A DNA stretch of 64,000 bases from Octopus vulgaris. Its lineage: Eukaryota. Positions within the stretch are counted from its first letter, which is position 1. The number at the start of each line of letters is the position of its first letter. Made by a program: the position numbers and the translations under genes. The notes under the pieces were generated by a model. It was not told where the DNA came from. It did no database searches and saw only the letters and a program-made list of their open reading frames with translations. The DNA lies in the NCBI GenBank assembly GCA_951406725.2, contig OX597815.1:67394001-67458000 (forward strand), in the 5' to 3' direction. Shown here one piece after another: positions 26,117-39,159 of this stretch.

Positions 26117-26134
26117 ACCGGCCATAATTAACAT

Positions 26135-26212
<78 letters not shown>

Positions 26213-26214
<2 letters not shown>

Positions 26215-26427
26215 AGGCGCAATGGCCCAGTGGTTAGGGCAGCGGACTTACGGTCGGAGGATCGCGAGCCCTACTGTACTCTTTCGCCGCAACTTTCTCT
26301 CACTCTTTCTTCTGTTGGCCTGCTCGCTTAGCCAGCGGGGTGGCGTCATTTGAAGGCTAAAACAATGCGAAGCGCATTGTGACCAGCGATGTGTAGCAAC
26401 AACTGATAGCCTGGTCGGTCACGTGAT

Positions 26428-26434
<7 letters not shown>
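26213..26434 (+). mobile_element. tRNA-derived SINE with an internal deletion
   Basis: A-box TGGCCCAGTGG with D-arm/anticodon-arm-like head, no B-box; inserted in (TA)n. Confidence 0.7.
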
Positions 26435-26498
<64 letters not shown>

Positions 26499-26808
26499 AA
26501 GCAATGCATAGTACCAGGATTTTCGAATCGAGCTAAATAAAACAAAATACATGAAATCCTTGGAATGAGGACATGCTAAGTTGTGTTTGCATCAAATCAT
26601 ATAATTTGTAATAATGAAGTCAAACCTAATAATGATATTTTGAAAGCTTTAAATACGTGCGTCTTAGATCTTGCTTAACATATATTTTGAAATGTATTAA
26701 GTGAAGGTCTTGTGTAAAGAGATGTATTTCCTATTATATATTACGCAAGATCTGAAACGTATTGAATGCTTTCAGAATATCATAATTTGGTTTCAGTTCT
26801 TCATTACA

Positions 26809-26922
<114 letters not shown>

Positions 26923-26931
26923 TATTTATAT

Positions 26932-27022
<91 letters not shown>

Positions 27023-27029
27023 GGGGAGA

Positions 27030-27203
27030 GTTCACAAAAAAAAAACAAAAGACGAAGACAGGTAGTGTACAAAACAAACAGATGTATTAGTATAACGCTC
27101 AGGAATAGAAAAAAGTCTTTTACGTTTCGAGCCTATACTCTTCTACAGAAAAGGACACAGAAAATATAAACAAGGAGAGAAAAATATGTGTGTAGTAGCT
27201 ACC

Positions 27204-27205
<2 letters not shown>
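27030..27205 (-). mobile_element. HHR-bearing repeat family C, copy 2
   Basis: HHR-like motif at 27117-27152: UUUU-CUGUAGA-A-GAGU(AUAG)GCUC-GAA-ACGU-A-AAAG. Confidence 0.8.
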
Positions 27206-27278
<73 letters not shown>

Positions 27279-27802
27279 TTGTATGTACGTGTGTTGTTTA
27301 CAAGAGAATTTTTGAATAGAAGGAAGGTGGAAGAGAGACAGTGAAACGGGGGTAGTCGTGAATGTGTGGTTAAGAAGTTCGCTTCGGAGCGCACAGTTTC
27401 TGATTCGTTCTGACTGCGTGACATCCCAGGTGGTTTCTTCTATCATATCCTTGGGTTGGAAAATGTTTTGTAGGCGGCAGAAACATACTGTATAAAAGCC
27501 TGTGTGTGTGTGTGTGCGCGCGCGCACTCGCGCGCGCGTGCATGTGTGTGCATGCATACATGCGTGTGTGTATGTGTGTGTATTTGTTGAAGGCGAAAAA
27601 GCAACAAAAAGGGGATAAATGCGCATTCAAAATTATTAATGTGAAGAACACAGAAACGGAAAGGAAACATGTCGGGCAGAGTTTCCACAACGGTTCGAAA
27701 TAGAGTGAAAAGTGAGGACGAACGATGCAACTAAAAAAAAAAAAAGGGAATCCGAGCGAAAGGTCCAGCTGGAGCTGGTATACAGGATAGCCGTTTCAGA
27801 CA

Positions 27803-27930
<128 letters not shown>

Positions 27931-28604
27931 AGGAGGGAGAGACGCACATACAGAATTAGAGAGACAGCTGGGCTTTCAAAAGTTGACAGCAAGAGCGACA
28001 CAAAAGAAATAGCGTAAAAACCAGTATTGGCTGCAAAGAAACGAAAGATTGAGTACACAACGCAGAAAAGAGTTGTGGTAGAAGTAATAGTTGTTGTAAA
28101 ATAGGAGTGATAAATAAATATCAACAATACCATAGAGATTTAACAATTGTTTTAGTTTATCTTACCGTTTTCTATAGCAAGATCGTTGGCATTGTCAAAG
28201 ATGTTATTTCCGAAAATACTGGAACAGATGGCCGAAATCTGAAGCAAAAAAAAAAAAAAGGAAAAAGAAATTATATTAAACTCATCACAGAACAGAAAGA
28301 CAAAAAGAGATAAAGTTTTATATAATCTATATGATAATTTTTGAAGCTGTCTATATCTCAGTTAGCGTCTTATCAGATAATCTTGTTTATTCTATGAATC
28401 ATAGAAATTTGTCTAGAGGAGCTAATCCTCCCTTAAAAGAAACTGTTTTTAAACAAATAAATTATCTTTAACGAATTTAAACCATGAGCTAATTCAACTG
28501 CAACGGAGACATACACATGTACACACATATATACACAGATAAACGCGTTCATACACACACACATATCCCCAGATGCATTCCAGCATCCATATCATATTCG
28601 AAAT

Positions 28605-28728
28605 ATGTGACTGTGGCTAAGAGGTTTACTGTACAGACATACGGTTTCAGGTTCAGTACTAGCGTGCCGCACCTGAGTGAATTTGGCTGACGGAAAATGT
28701 GTGAAAGCCCTTCATGTGTGTGTGTTTG

Positions 28729-28797
<69 letters not shown>

Positions 28798-29128
28798 CAT
28801 ATATACACATACATAGATACTTAGATATACATACATACACAATTATATAACTAGGCACACATTTAAAATAATATACGAGTGTGCTGAAAAGTTCCTGACT
28901 TTGAGTAAAAGAAAATACAGGAGGATCAGTTAATTATGATCTAATTCAATATATTCCCCTCTCAGATTCACACCGTTATTGCAGCGGTCCTTCAGTTTTA
29001 TTCTAAGCCTTGTCAAAGAACTCGGAAAGTTGGGCCTCCAGCCAGGCCTTTCGTTACGCCCTGAAAGCCAGAAACTCTTCAGCACCTCCTCTTATATATA
29101 CATATTACAAACATGCATTTATATATAT

Positions 29129-29160
<32 letters not shown>

Positions 29161-29555
29161 GTATGTATGTACATATATGTATATATGCATGTATATATAT
29201 TTTATTTATATTATTTTATGATTGAACTCCACGCACCCATATATATATATATATATACACATATACATATATGCATATATATGTGTGAGTGTATGTGTAT
29301 ATGTATGCATATATGTGTGTAAATATATGTGCGTGCACTTGCGTCTTCGTGTTCCCCGACCCCACCATCTGCTTGACAACCGATATACGTATGTTTGCAT
29401 TCCAGTAATTTTGCGCTTCGGAAAAAAAAAAAGAGATCTAATAAAATAATTAGCAGGCTTAAACTAAACACTGGCTGTCAGTTTGATCGACCTAAATTCT
29501 TCAAGGCGTTGCCCCAGCACGGGCGCAGTCTAACGACTGAAACACTCAAGGAAAT
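28605..29555 (+). mobile_element. SINE family 1 split into a 5' half (28605-28715) and a 3' half (about 29340-29555) by microsatellites and a MITE
   Basis: The two halves are collinear with 51311-51720. Confidence 0.65.
28874..29094 (-). mobile_element. Mariner-derived MITE, about 220 bp
   Basis: TIRs tacgagtgtgctgaaaagttcctgacttt / aaagccagaaactcttcagcacctcctctta with TA ends; carries the mariner C-terminal remnant VNLRGEYIE on the minus strand. Confidence 0.88.
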
Positions 29556-31469
29556 ATAAGAAAAATATTAGCCACCTCCTCTTTTCTAGGCTATAATGAA
29601 ACAAAATAAATAGCTTAATCATTGCCGTTTATAAGACGTACATTTTGTAGAAAAAAAAATTGGTATGTTTTATCATTCACCTATGGAAAGATATTTTAAA
29701 GTGATTTTCTAAGGATGATGTATGATTTTGTACATGTAAATACTATGTTCTGACAGTATACTGGAATAAAGTATGAAGCCATAAATTTGTCATAAATAAA
29801 CTACGTTATGGGAGACTGTTTTCCAACTTCATCATCTTTCAGGTTAACTGTATAACAGTTTATGTTTTTAGTTAAGAGAATTGCCAAGCAGAATGTTAAA
29901 CTCATATTTCTGGCTATGATATACTGCGTTACTGCGATTATCCACCAGTGGGGTGCACCATCGTCACCCACCCATTGCAAATAGCTGACAGACAGGTGAA
30001 ATTTTGTTTGCATTCCTTTTATCGATCTAAGAAAATTCTTCATTTTGATAATTTTAAAATGTTTCTTAAAGGTAATACAGTCATTAAATAATGTAAGATA
30101 CGTCAAATGTGGGTTATGAATGCTGAGGGGGGCGATATATAATGAGAGGACGTGACTTCCCTCATACCTACTGACTTACCGGAAGCAACTTTTCCCAAGT
30201 TTGTGCTAAAAGACTGTGACAATTTGGTTTGATTTCAATATTTTATTATTAGTAACAATTTTTTTTACCTAACAGACATATGTTCATCCGATTCTCTAGC
30301 CTATGGCACTCGGTCTCCCATCCGTAAAACTGTAACCTTGGCTACGGGATATATTAATCAATCAGGAAGGTTGCAATGTAAACACTGCACAAAATGTGAC
30401 AGTAGGCGTACATCCTAGAATCATGACTTGGATGCAGCTCCTATTAGAGGCAAGGACTGAAACACTTGCATGTGTTTCTTACTACCGCAGGGAAATTTTT
30501 TGATACCCTGGTAACAATTAATTTCGGTGGCACCTTGTTAGATTTTTAGGCTTTCTAGGCTGTAGGATCTTGATAACAGAGCGAGGTTAATAGATTAATT
30601 TTTTTAATTAAAGGAAATACAATTTAGTTAATGAATGAACAGTGTGAGGGGATAGTCGTGTTAGAAAGAGATAAAACATTGGGATACAATGTTATTTAGT
30701 AAAGTGATTACAAGGAATCTGAAGGGATGGATTGGATGTAGGCGGAGGATGTGCAACCGAGAGCATGTGTTTAACTAGGAATGGCATATATGCAGCTTAT
30801 GTAATTGTGGTAACAGCATTAGTAATCGTAGTACTAGTAATCTTAGTAGTAGCAGTAGTAGTAGTAGTAATAACAGAAATAACAACAACAACAACAACAA
30901 TAAAAATAAGAATAGTGGTGGTGGTGGTGATGGTGACAGCAGTAATGGTTGTAGAAATAGTAGTAGTAGTAACATTAGAAGAGAGAGAAAGACAGAGAGA
31001 GGAGGACACACTGACAGAGTGAGAGAAAGAGAGAGAGAGAGAGTTATAGGGAGAGAAACGGAAGGAGGAGAATTCAATCTGAAATGGAATGTTGATGAGG
31101 AATGACTCCTCTCTCGCTGATGGTATTTTCTCGTTTGCATTAAAAGAACGGATAATCTTCATGATGGGGTGGTGGAGTTGTTGAACTGTATCAAATTTAT
31201 GAACAATACTGCACTTTTCAGCATATTTGAGTGTATGTGTATGTATGTGTATATAGTAGTGTGTGTATGTGCGTGTGTATGCGTGTGTGTGTGTGTTTAA
31301 TGACGTAGCAACTAATCAATGTTGAGATATTTCTGGGAAAGGAAGCTCAGCCTATGATTTACATGACACAATATGTTTATATCTGGCCTAGTGAGTGATC
31401 AGAGTGTTAAGTTCACATTTATAAGGTCATCAGTGGCATTTTATGACTTTATGACTTTAGGGAAGGTAC

Positions 31470-32000
31470 TGTAGTTTTGCCTTGCCTTGCCGACTCCCAT
31501 CCTCAATGCTGAAGGATCAGGGCTTTAGATGCTTGCACCATCACTCTCTTTCTCTATCGATTCCTGCTTCTGTCCATGGTTGTGCATTCAGCCAAACGTC
31601 TTCTAGGCCATCCTTTATTGTCCAGCCAGTGTCTTCTCTAATCCCCAAGTCTTTATTCCCCATTGATTCTTTTTTCTAGAATATGAGTGATGAGGTTCTG
31701 GACCCTGACAACACACCCAAGGTTTGCAGCTTTCTCTTCCTGATAGTTGCCAAAAGTTCTTTTTCCGTTCCTATTTCCTCAAGTACAGACTTGTTTGTTC
31801 GATTCTCATTCCAGCTGATCCTTAGTACTCTTTTGTAATATGTTATTCCAAGTGCTTTGAGTTTGGCAGTGTCGTTTGCCATTAGGCTCAAGCTTTCACA
31901 TCCAGAGCAATAGACCAAAATATCTTCGATATTTTTAATTTGATAGTCTTGTTAAAAGTTCTGTCTTTCTAGATTGTATTGAGTGATTTAAAGCTGATCA
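31470..32000 (-). mobile_element. RTE-clade LINE 3' fragment
   Basis: GCESLSL..KLKALGITYYKRVLRISWNENRTNKSVLEEIGTEKELLATIRKRKLQ matches the RTE/BovB C-terminal region. Confidence 0.85.
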
Positions 32001-32184
32001 TGCTGCTTCATTCTACTCAATTGTAAATGAATATCAGCTTAATATAGAACAGACTTCTCTTTTCTCTCCAGCTGTCACCTCCTGGATGTTTTATTGAGTC
32101 AAGTGTGAGAGAATGAAGAGTGTCTATATCTGATCACGCTACTTACGTATCTGAAACAATTAACAAAAGCATATTACATATTAT

Positions 32185-32370
32185 TTTCAAATTATGGCAC
32201 AAGGTCAGCAGTTTCGGTGAGGGGTTAAGTCGATTACATAGACCCGAGTGTTCAACTGGTACTTATTTTATCGCCCCCTGAAAGGCAAAGTCGACCCCGG
32301 TGGCATTTGATCTCAGAACGTGAAGACAGACGAAATACCGCTTAGAATTTTGCCTGGCATGCTAACGAGG
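32185..32370 (-). mobile_element. SINE family 3
   Basis: Reverse complement of the family-3 core. Confidence 0.85.
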
Positions 32371-33124
32371 TTAAAAACGTTGAAGTTAGTGATATAGAGG
32401 AGAGTTAGAAATATAATTTTAGCAGAGAGGTGGTGTTCTGATGGGGAGGTTAAAAAAAGGGAGAGAGAAAGAGAGAGAGGGAGACATAAGATGGAGAGAA
32501 AGAAAGGGACGAGAGAGAGAGAGAGAGAGAGATGGTGGTGGAGGTAGCGGATAGTGAAAAGTTTTTTTATATCACCTATCACTTAACGCATGCGCATAAG
32601 TGCAGTTCTGTGAAATATTTACGCTTATTTACGTGGCAGATATATGCAATTTAATTAAAGGTTGTATCATATGTACAAGATATATTTCTTTATGGGAAAA
32701 ATGGAAATGTAAGAGTGAATATTTATTTTATGAGTGCTGTGTTTTAAGTCTATAGAATTATGCATAAAGTATATATCCCCGCCTGTCATGCTGGAGACCG
32801 GGGTCCAACTCCCTTCCGCAAGGCTCATAATTTTTTTCAGGCGGTGCTCCAACATAACCGCAGTCAAATGACTGAAACCAGTAAAAAAATAAAAGAAGTA
32901 ATAATCATATTCCAATTTCTTTCACTTTTCAATGAGTAGCAGATGAGCAGCTATTTTCACACACAGATACAACACAGATTACGCTTTCAGGTCTTTTGGA
33001 TAAAGCTTTCAGAAATAACCCAATAGGTTTACCATTAATTCCGTGAAATATTCACGGATCTCGCTAGTATACATGACCAAGCTAGACCGTCTCACGAGTG
33101 ACAGCTGGATGTACATTTCATGAT

Positions 33125-33275
33125 GCTGCGTTGCTTAGTGGTTAATTTGTTCAGCCCACAATCATATAATCGTAGGTTCGATTGACAGACGGGAAGAGAA
33201 TTGTCTTGAGCAATGCACTTCATTTCACGTTACTCCAATCTACTCAGCTGTAATGAGTTCTAATCAGGTATAAGT
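33125..33275 (+). mobile_element. SINE family 2, degenerate
   Basis: gcttagtggtt..ggttcgatt..cttgagcaatgcacttcatttcacgttactccaatctactcagctg. Confidence 0.75.
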
Positions 33276-33680
33276 TCCAATCAGCTGTGACATCAATGAT
33301 AATCCATTCGAGAAAGGGTTAGCTCTAAGTAAAACATTTAGCAAAACCATGCCAGATGTTATCAAGTTATACTGACTTACGAGTGACGGTCATGGTTACT
33401 TAATAAAAAAATGATGTAATATTTAGAACACGCAAATGAAACGTTTATTAAAACATAACTACATTTTGTCGTTTCTTTACATAATTAAAGACCAATAATT
33501 TTGGGAAAAGGTTTGAATATTGTGGTAATCATGGCTTTGTCGATTTCTATGGTGGTTAGGATGGTGAATAATTCAAGAGAAGTTTGCCTCTATATGCAAA
33601 GAATCAAAATCAGGTCATATATTCTATTCACTAACAGCTAACCTCTTGCATCGCAGCACTCACTACAAAAAACCTCAGGG

Positions 33681-33778
<98 letters not shown>

Positions 33779-33796
33779 AAACAAATACGTACATAT

Positions 33797-33844
<48 letters not shown>

Positions 33845-34570
33845 CATAAATTTTTATTATAATTGCTAAATAATAGACTTTACCCTCTATTTTATGTATT
33901 TATTTAGAATGGGAACATAATTCGATTTCTATATACTCTTGTTTTACACAATCATTTCCTAATTGATATGAGCATACCGAAACTCTATATGCATAATATA
34001 TTGTTATTATTTGTTAATGGGTATTATATAAGCTTATACCCATTGGTAAACACACACACACACACACACACACAATATATATATATATATATATATATAT
34101 GGACATTGCACTATTAACATTTCTTCCCGTTTTATTTAATGACAAGCACTGGGTTGACAGAATAACAGATGGGAAAATGGAGAAAGACAGGATATGAGTC
34201 AGAAGAAGAGAGAGAGAGAGGGAACAAGAGGGAGGGAGAGGGAGAGAGAGTAAAGGAGGAAGAACGAGAGAAATGAGGGGAGAGAAAGAAACAGAAAGAT
34301 GTAAAAAGTTCTCTTTTCAATGTGATTCTTCAAAATCCTTAAAAAGGTTACCATTTTTGTTCGAGTTTGTTCGAGCTTCTTCATAAATAAACTTCGTTTT
34401 TACCGTTATACACACACATACACTGAGACAAACACACACACACACACACAAACACACACATACACACACACGCACGTACACTCACACAAACGCGCGCACA
34501 CAATTACACACATAAATGCATACATATGCATAATCTATATATATATACATACACATATACGTATACGTAT

Positions 34571-34618
<48 letters not shown>

Positions 34619-34684
34619 TCTATAAATGTGCATATATATATGTGTGTGTGTGTGTGTGTTTGTATTTATAAATGTGCATATATG

Positions 34685-34718
<34 letters not shown>

Positions 34719-35380
34719 CATTATGCATGCATACATGTATTTCTACGGCATATTTCATTTCCTTTTACACTGTTTTAGAAATCTATATAGTTGACAAAAG
34801 ATTCCATTAAAAATCATGAGTAGGCACCCCCCCGCTTCCTAAAAGGCTGCACTAGAGTAGAAGGAAGAGCTTAATATCACTAGAAGGATGGCACTGCGGA
34901 AGCTATAAGATGTAATACTGGTACTCTGTTCTTCCGGCACACATATTTATAGCAGAAACAATTATAAGGTAATGAAAGGGATTACGTAACACTTATTCTC
35001 TTGTCTTTCATTAATCGATATACTCACATACACGCACGCGCACACACACATAAATGCATATATATATATATATATATATATTGAAGCACACACACACAAT
35101 GATAATGTTGAGTTGATTGGGACTTCAATCAGTTGAATAAGCTGTGAAAGCGAAATCTGAAATCTTTGTCAACTTAATATTATCAATAAATTTTATTCAG
35201 TGACAGTAAAAAAAAAGAAAAAAAACAACAAAAAAACCCCACACACATTTGTAAAATTACATTTTGTATTTCATTTGCAGCATTTCCTGATGTGGAATCG
35301 TGTGTTGAAACAAGTATTGGTGTATCCTGGAAGATACACTGGTTCTATTTCACTTCATTATTATTATCATTATTATTATT

Positions 35381-35862
35381 GAATGAGGGAGCAGCGTATG
35401 CCATCAACGTGACACAGAAAGGGATACACCAGGTACATGCATCACAAACATATGAGCATGACATGGTGATCCCATATCAAGATAAACAAAGCATGACCTG
35501 TTAAAGCTTTCTTCTGGTGCAGTAGCCCATTCCACTCAAAAGGTCCCTGAATAGGGGATGTTTAAGGATGTTGAATGAAACACCGATGTTTCCAGAAGGG
35601 AATCGTTCAAACTCAAAAAAATTCCTCTCAATACATGGCTATGATGCTCCCCACTACTCCTGTTCTTGAACAGGGATGCACATATTGTCAGCCACTAAGG
35701 AACACGCTCAACTGGTTTTGGCCAAGCAAATAACAAGCAAATTTGTGGTATTGAGCAGAGTATTTACTGTGCCCCATCTTTTATACCGAGACAAAACATA
35801 ATAACACGTCCAATCAGTTAAGATCAGAAGCCATGAGAGCCACTGCCTGGTACTGCATCAGA
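35381..35862 (-). mobile_element. ~480-bp non-coding insertion flanked by (TAA)n on both sides
   Basis: GC-richer block with sharp boundaries at (TTA)n 35358-35380 and 35866 onward; no tRNA head or ORF; orientation inferred by analogy with the Dong copies. Confidence 0.55.
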
Positions 35863-35899
35863 TAATTTATTATTATCATTATTATTATTATTATTATTA

Positions 35900-36084
<185 letters not shown>

Positions 36085-36296
36085 GTTATTCAAATAGTTC
36101 ACACTTTAACCAATTTACTAATTCATTGATTGATTAATCATTCTGTCAATCACTCAGCTAGGTTCATTAGAGAATTTCGTCGCATTCGCGTTCTCATCAT
36201 TGACATACTCCCTATATTCCAGAACAATCGATTAGTTAATTAGTGAAATGGTTAACTAGTTGACTAGTAATAACCACAGCAACAACAACAACAACG

Positions 36297-36359
<63 letters not shown>

Positions 36360-36360
36360 G

Positions 36361-36420
<60 letters not shown>

Positions 36421-36684
36421 ATAATAATAATAATAATGAAAACATCACCAAACTGAATTTAAGAAATCGCAAAATTTTTTTTAAAAATTGTTTTTTATTG
36501 TAAGTCATTTCAGGAAGCCGAAATATTTCCCTCATATATGAAACAATTACTGTCAGGTACGTGGCCACAGCAAAGTACGTCCATAAAATGTAAACACGTG
36601 GATATGTGATCTCTCTACACAACAATTTATACGACGCGCGAAAATGCGATCTTCCTATGAAAAAACTGTGAGTACAAATATTAT

Positions 36685-37246
36685 AATCTTGGAAGGGTAA
36701 TGTAGAAAGCTAGGATTTGAACATACTGATAAATGGTATGAACATGAACCTAGTAAAGTACTAGAAAGTAAGAAATATAAGACTTTAACAATCAGACTGA
36801 CAGAGTATTAGAAGCTAGAAGGCCTGATTTGGTAGTAGTAGGGAAAGAGAATAGAAAGTGCTAGATAATAGACTTTACATTCCCAAATGATGAAAACATT
36901 AATATGAGAAGTATAGAAAAAATAGCCAAATATCAGGACCTAGCTATTGAATTACAGAGACTATGGAAAGTGCGGGTAAAATGTATCCCAGTATTTATAG
37001 GTGCAGTGAGAACTATCCCTAAATATCTGAACTGATGAATAGAGGAAATAGGCATAAAACCCAGTTTAGTTCAGCACCAGAAAACAGTATTATTAGGGAC
37101 AGCTAGGATACTTAGGAGGGTTCTTGGCATTTAAGGTTACTTGTTGTAACGCGACAAGTGGGTTCTTGGCATCTAAGATTACTTGTTGTAGTCCGATGTT
37201 AATATTTTTTCTTTTCCAACAGTCTAATCCGTTGAGTGTATAAGAA
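36685..37246 (+). mobile_element. R4/Dong RLE 3' fragment (cluster 1, element A)
   Basis: KWYEHEPSKV..ARRPDLVVV..IIDFTFPNDEN..EKIAKYQDLAIELQRLW..QKTVLLGTARILRRVL; (AAT)n tail; 42-bp tandem duplication at the ORF end. Confidence 0.92.
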
Positions 37247-37344
<98 letters not shown>

Positions 37345-37353
37345 TAATAATAA

Positions 37354-39140
37354 TCTGATTCTACGACCCAACTTGATCATGTTATATCTATCGAGGACCT
37401 GGACCAAGAAAGCTTTTATATGTATCTTGGATACACGAAGGGAATGGGATTCAACGCGGATCAATAAAAGAAAATATCAGGACAGAGTATTATAGACGTG
37501 TCAGAATGGTCCTAAATACTTAGCTGAACTCTCAGAATAGAATTACTGGCGGTACCAGTAGTCCACTATATCCTTATTGTCATCAGTTGCAATCTGAGTG
37601 ATGTCCAGCGTATGAACAAAAAGACCAGGAAACTGCTGACACTAATCAGAATGCACCACCCAAACTCAGACGTCCACAGACTTTATCTCTCACGAAAGGA
37701 AGGCGGCAGAGGCCTATTCCAGCTTGAAACGTCCTAAAAATCGACCACGATAGGATTCCAAGTCTACATCCAAAGTGACATCAATTGGATGATACAGTTG
37801 GTTAGGCAACACGAACAGAGTAAGAAACTGCACTGAAAGGAGGGGCATATAGATACAGATGAGAGCTTAAACTCCCTGATTAAGATGATGATAAGGAGGA
37901 CACCACCCACCAAGGAAGCAAAAAAGTGTAAAACAAAAGCCAAACAAGAAAGCTTCAGGAAATATCAAGTCTGTGGCAAGAAAAGCCATTGCATGGGCAA
38001 TACCCAAACGAGCTAGGAAAGCTGATGCAAATAGGAGAAGAACCCATCAGTGGCTGCAGAGTGTTGGTTTGAAAGCCGAAACAGAAGGATTTATCCTAGC
38101 TGCACAAGATCAGAGTTTCCTCACTCAGAACCTTCAAGCTAATGTCACACACAATGAGGTAGACACAAAGTGTAGACTGAAATGACACACTTGAGAGTAT
38201 TGACCACATTGTTGCCGGCTGCTCTGTCCTTGCCCCCTACAGAATATAAAACTAGGCATGATCGGGTTGGCCGATACTTAGTTAGTTAGTTAGTTAGTTA
38301 ATTTGGCTCAAAAGCAAATAGCAAGGCCATGTAGGGGGACATGGAGTTAAGTGCAGGGTGGTGTTCATGTAAAGAGTTCAGGCCATTTGAGGTCAAGGGA
38401 GGCTTTGAACAAAGCGGTCGTCGGCATCTTCACCATTTCGTCTGGCAGCTTGTTCCACGGATCCGCAACCCGGACGGAGAAAGCTTCTCTCCTTCGATTG
38501 AGATGAAATCGTCGCAGGTAGAGCTTTTCGGAATGACCCCGCAGCCGACGCTCTGGAGCAGGAGTGAAGAATAGCTCTTTCGAGAGGTTACACTTTCCGC
38601 TTATTATGTTGTGGGCGAGAATGGGAGCATATGCCATCACTATGGTATTCCGCAACCTAAGAACTGGTATGGACACCATCCAGGGCCTGTCACTGAGGGA
38701 AAGAATGTTACCATCCTATGGGATCATGGGATACATACAGAAAGGCAAATGGATGCTAACAAACCAGACATCATCAATTACCTAAGACTAAAACATGCCT
38801 GTTCATTGATATGACAGTACCTATTGATAGAAACATCTCAACAAAGGAATTTGAAAAACTGTCGAAATATAAGAACCTTGAGATTGAGATATCAAAGATG
38901 TGGCAATTAAACCCCCACACCCCACCCACACGTGTTGTTATAGGTGCCCTGGGAATGATCAAGAAAGATACTGACAATTTTTTTGACCAAATCCCAAGGA
39001 AACCAACAATCTATCAGACTCAAAAAATCGTGTAGACATCAACTGCTCACATTCTCAGGAAGTTTCTCTCCATCAAATATATATGCCTTAGGTCTCTGGT
39101 TGAGACCCATCCAGAAGATGAAATACAATGCAAATCAATC
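37354..39140 (+). mobile_element. R4/Dong RLE element, RT thumb to 3' end (element B), interrupted by CR1
   Basis: HHPNSDVHRLYLSRKEGGRGL, KPLHGQY, LKAETEGFILAAQDQS, CCHC remnant (KCRL..ESIDHIVAGC), RHDRVG, NKPDII, KEFEKLSKY. Confidence 0.93.
38281..38622 (-). mobile_element. Young CR1 LINE 3' fragment with (AACT)n tail, nested in Dong element B
   Basis: Uninterrupted LAHNIISG..RLRGHSEKLY..RREAFSVRVADPWNKLP..FKASLD; the host ORF resumes on both sides. Confidence 0.92.
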
Positions 39141-39159
39141 GAAAAAAAAAATTATTATT

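Noticed and set aside
29801-30106. ORF with DGAPHWW..AVTQY resembling the Tc1/mariner QDGAPPHW motif
   Set aside because: One short motif only, with no TIRs or SPDL motif; possible but unsupported
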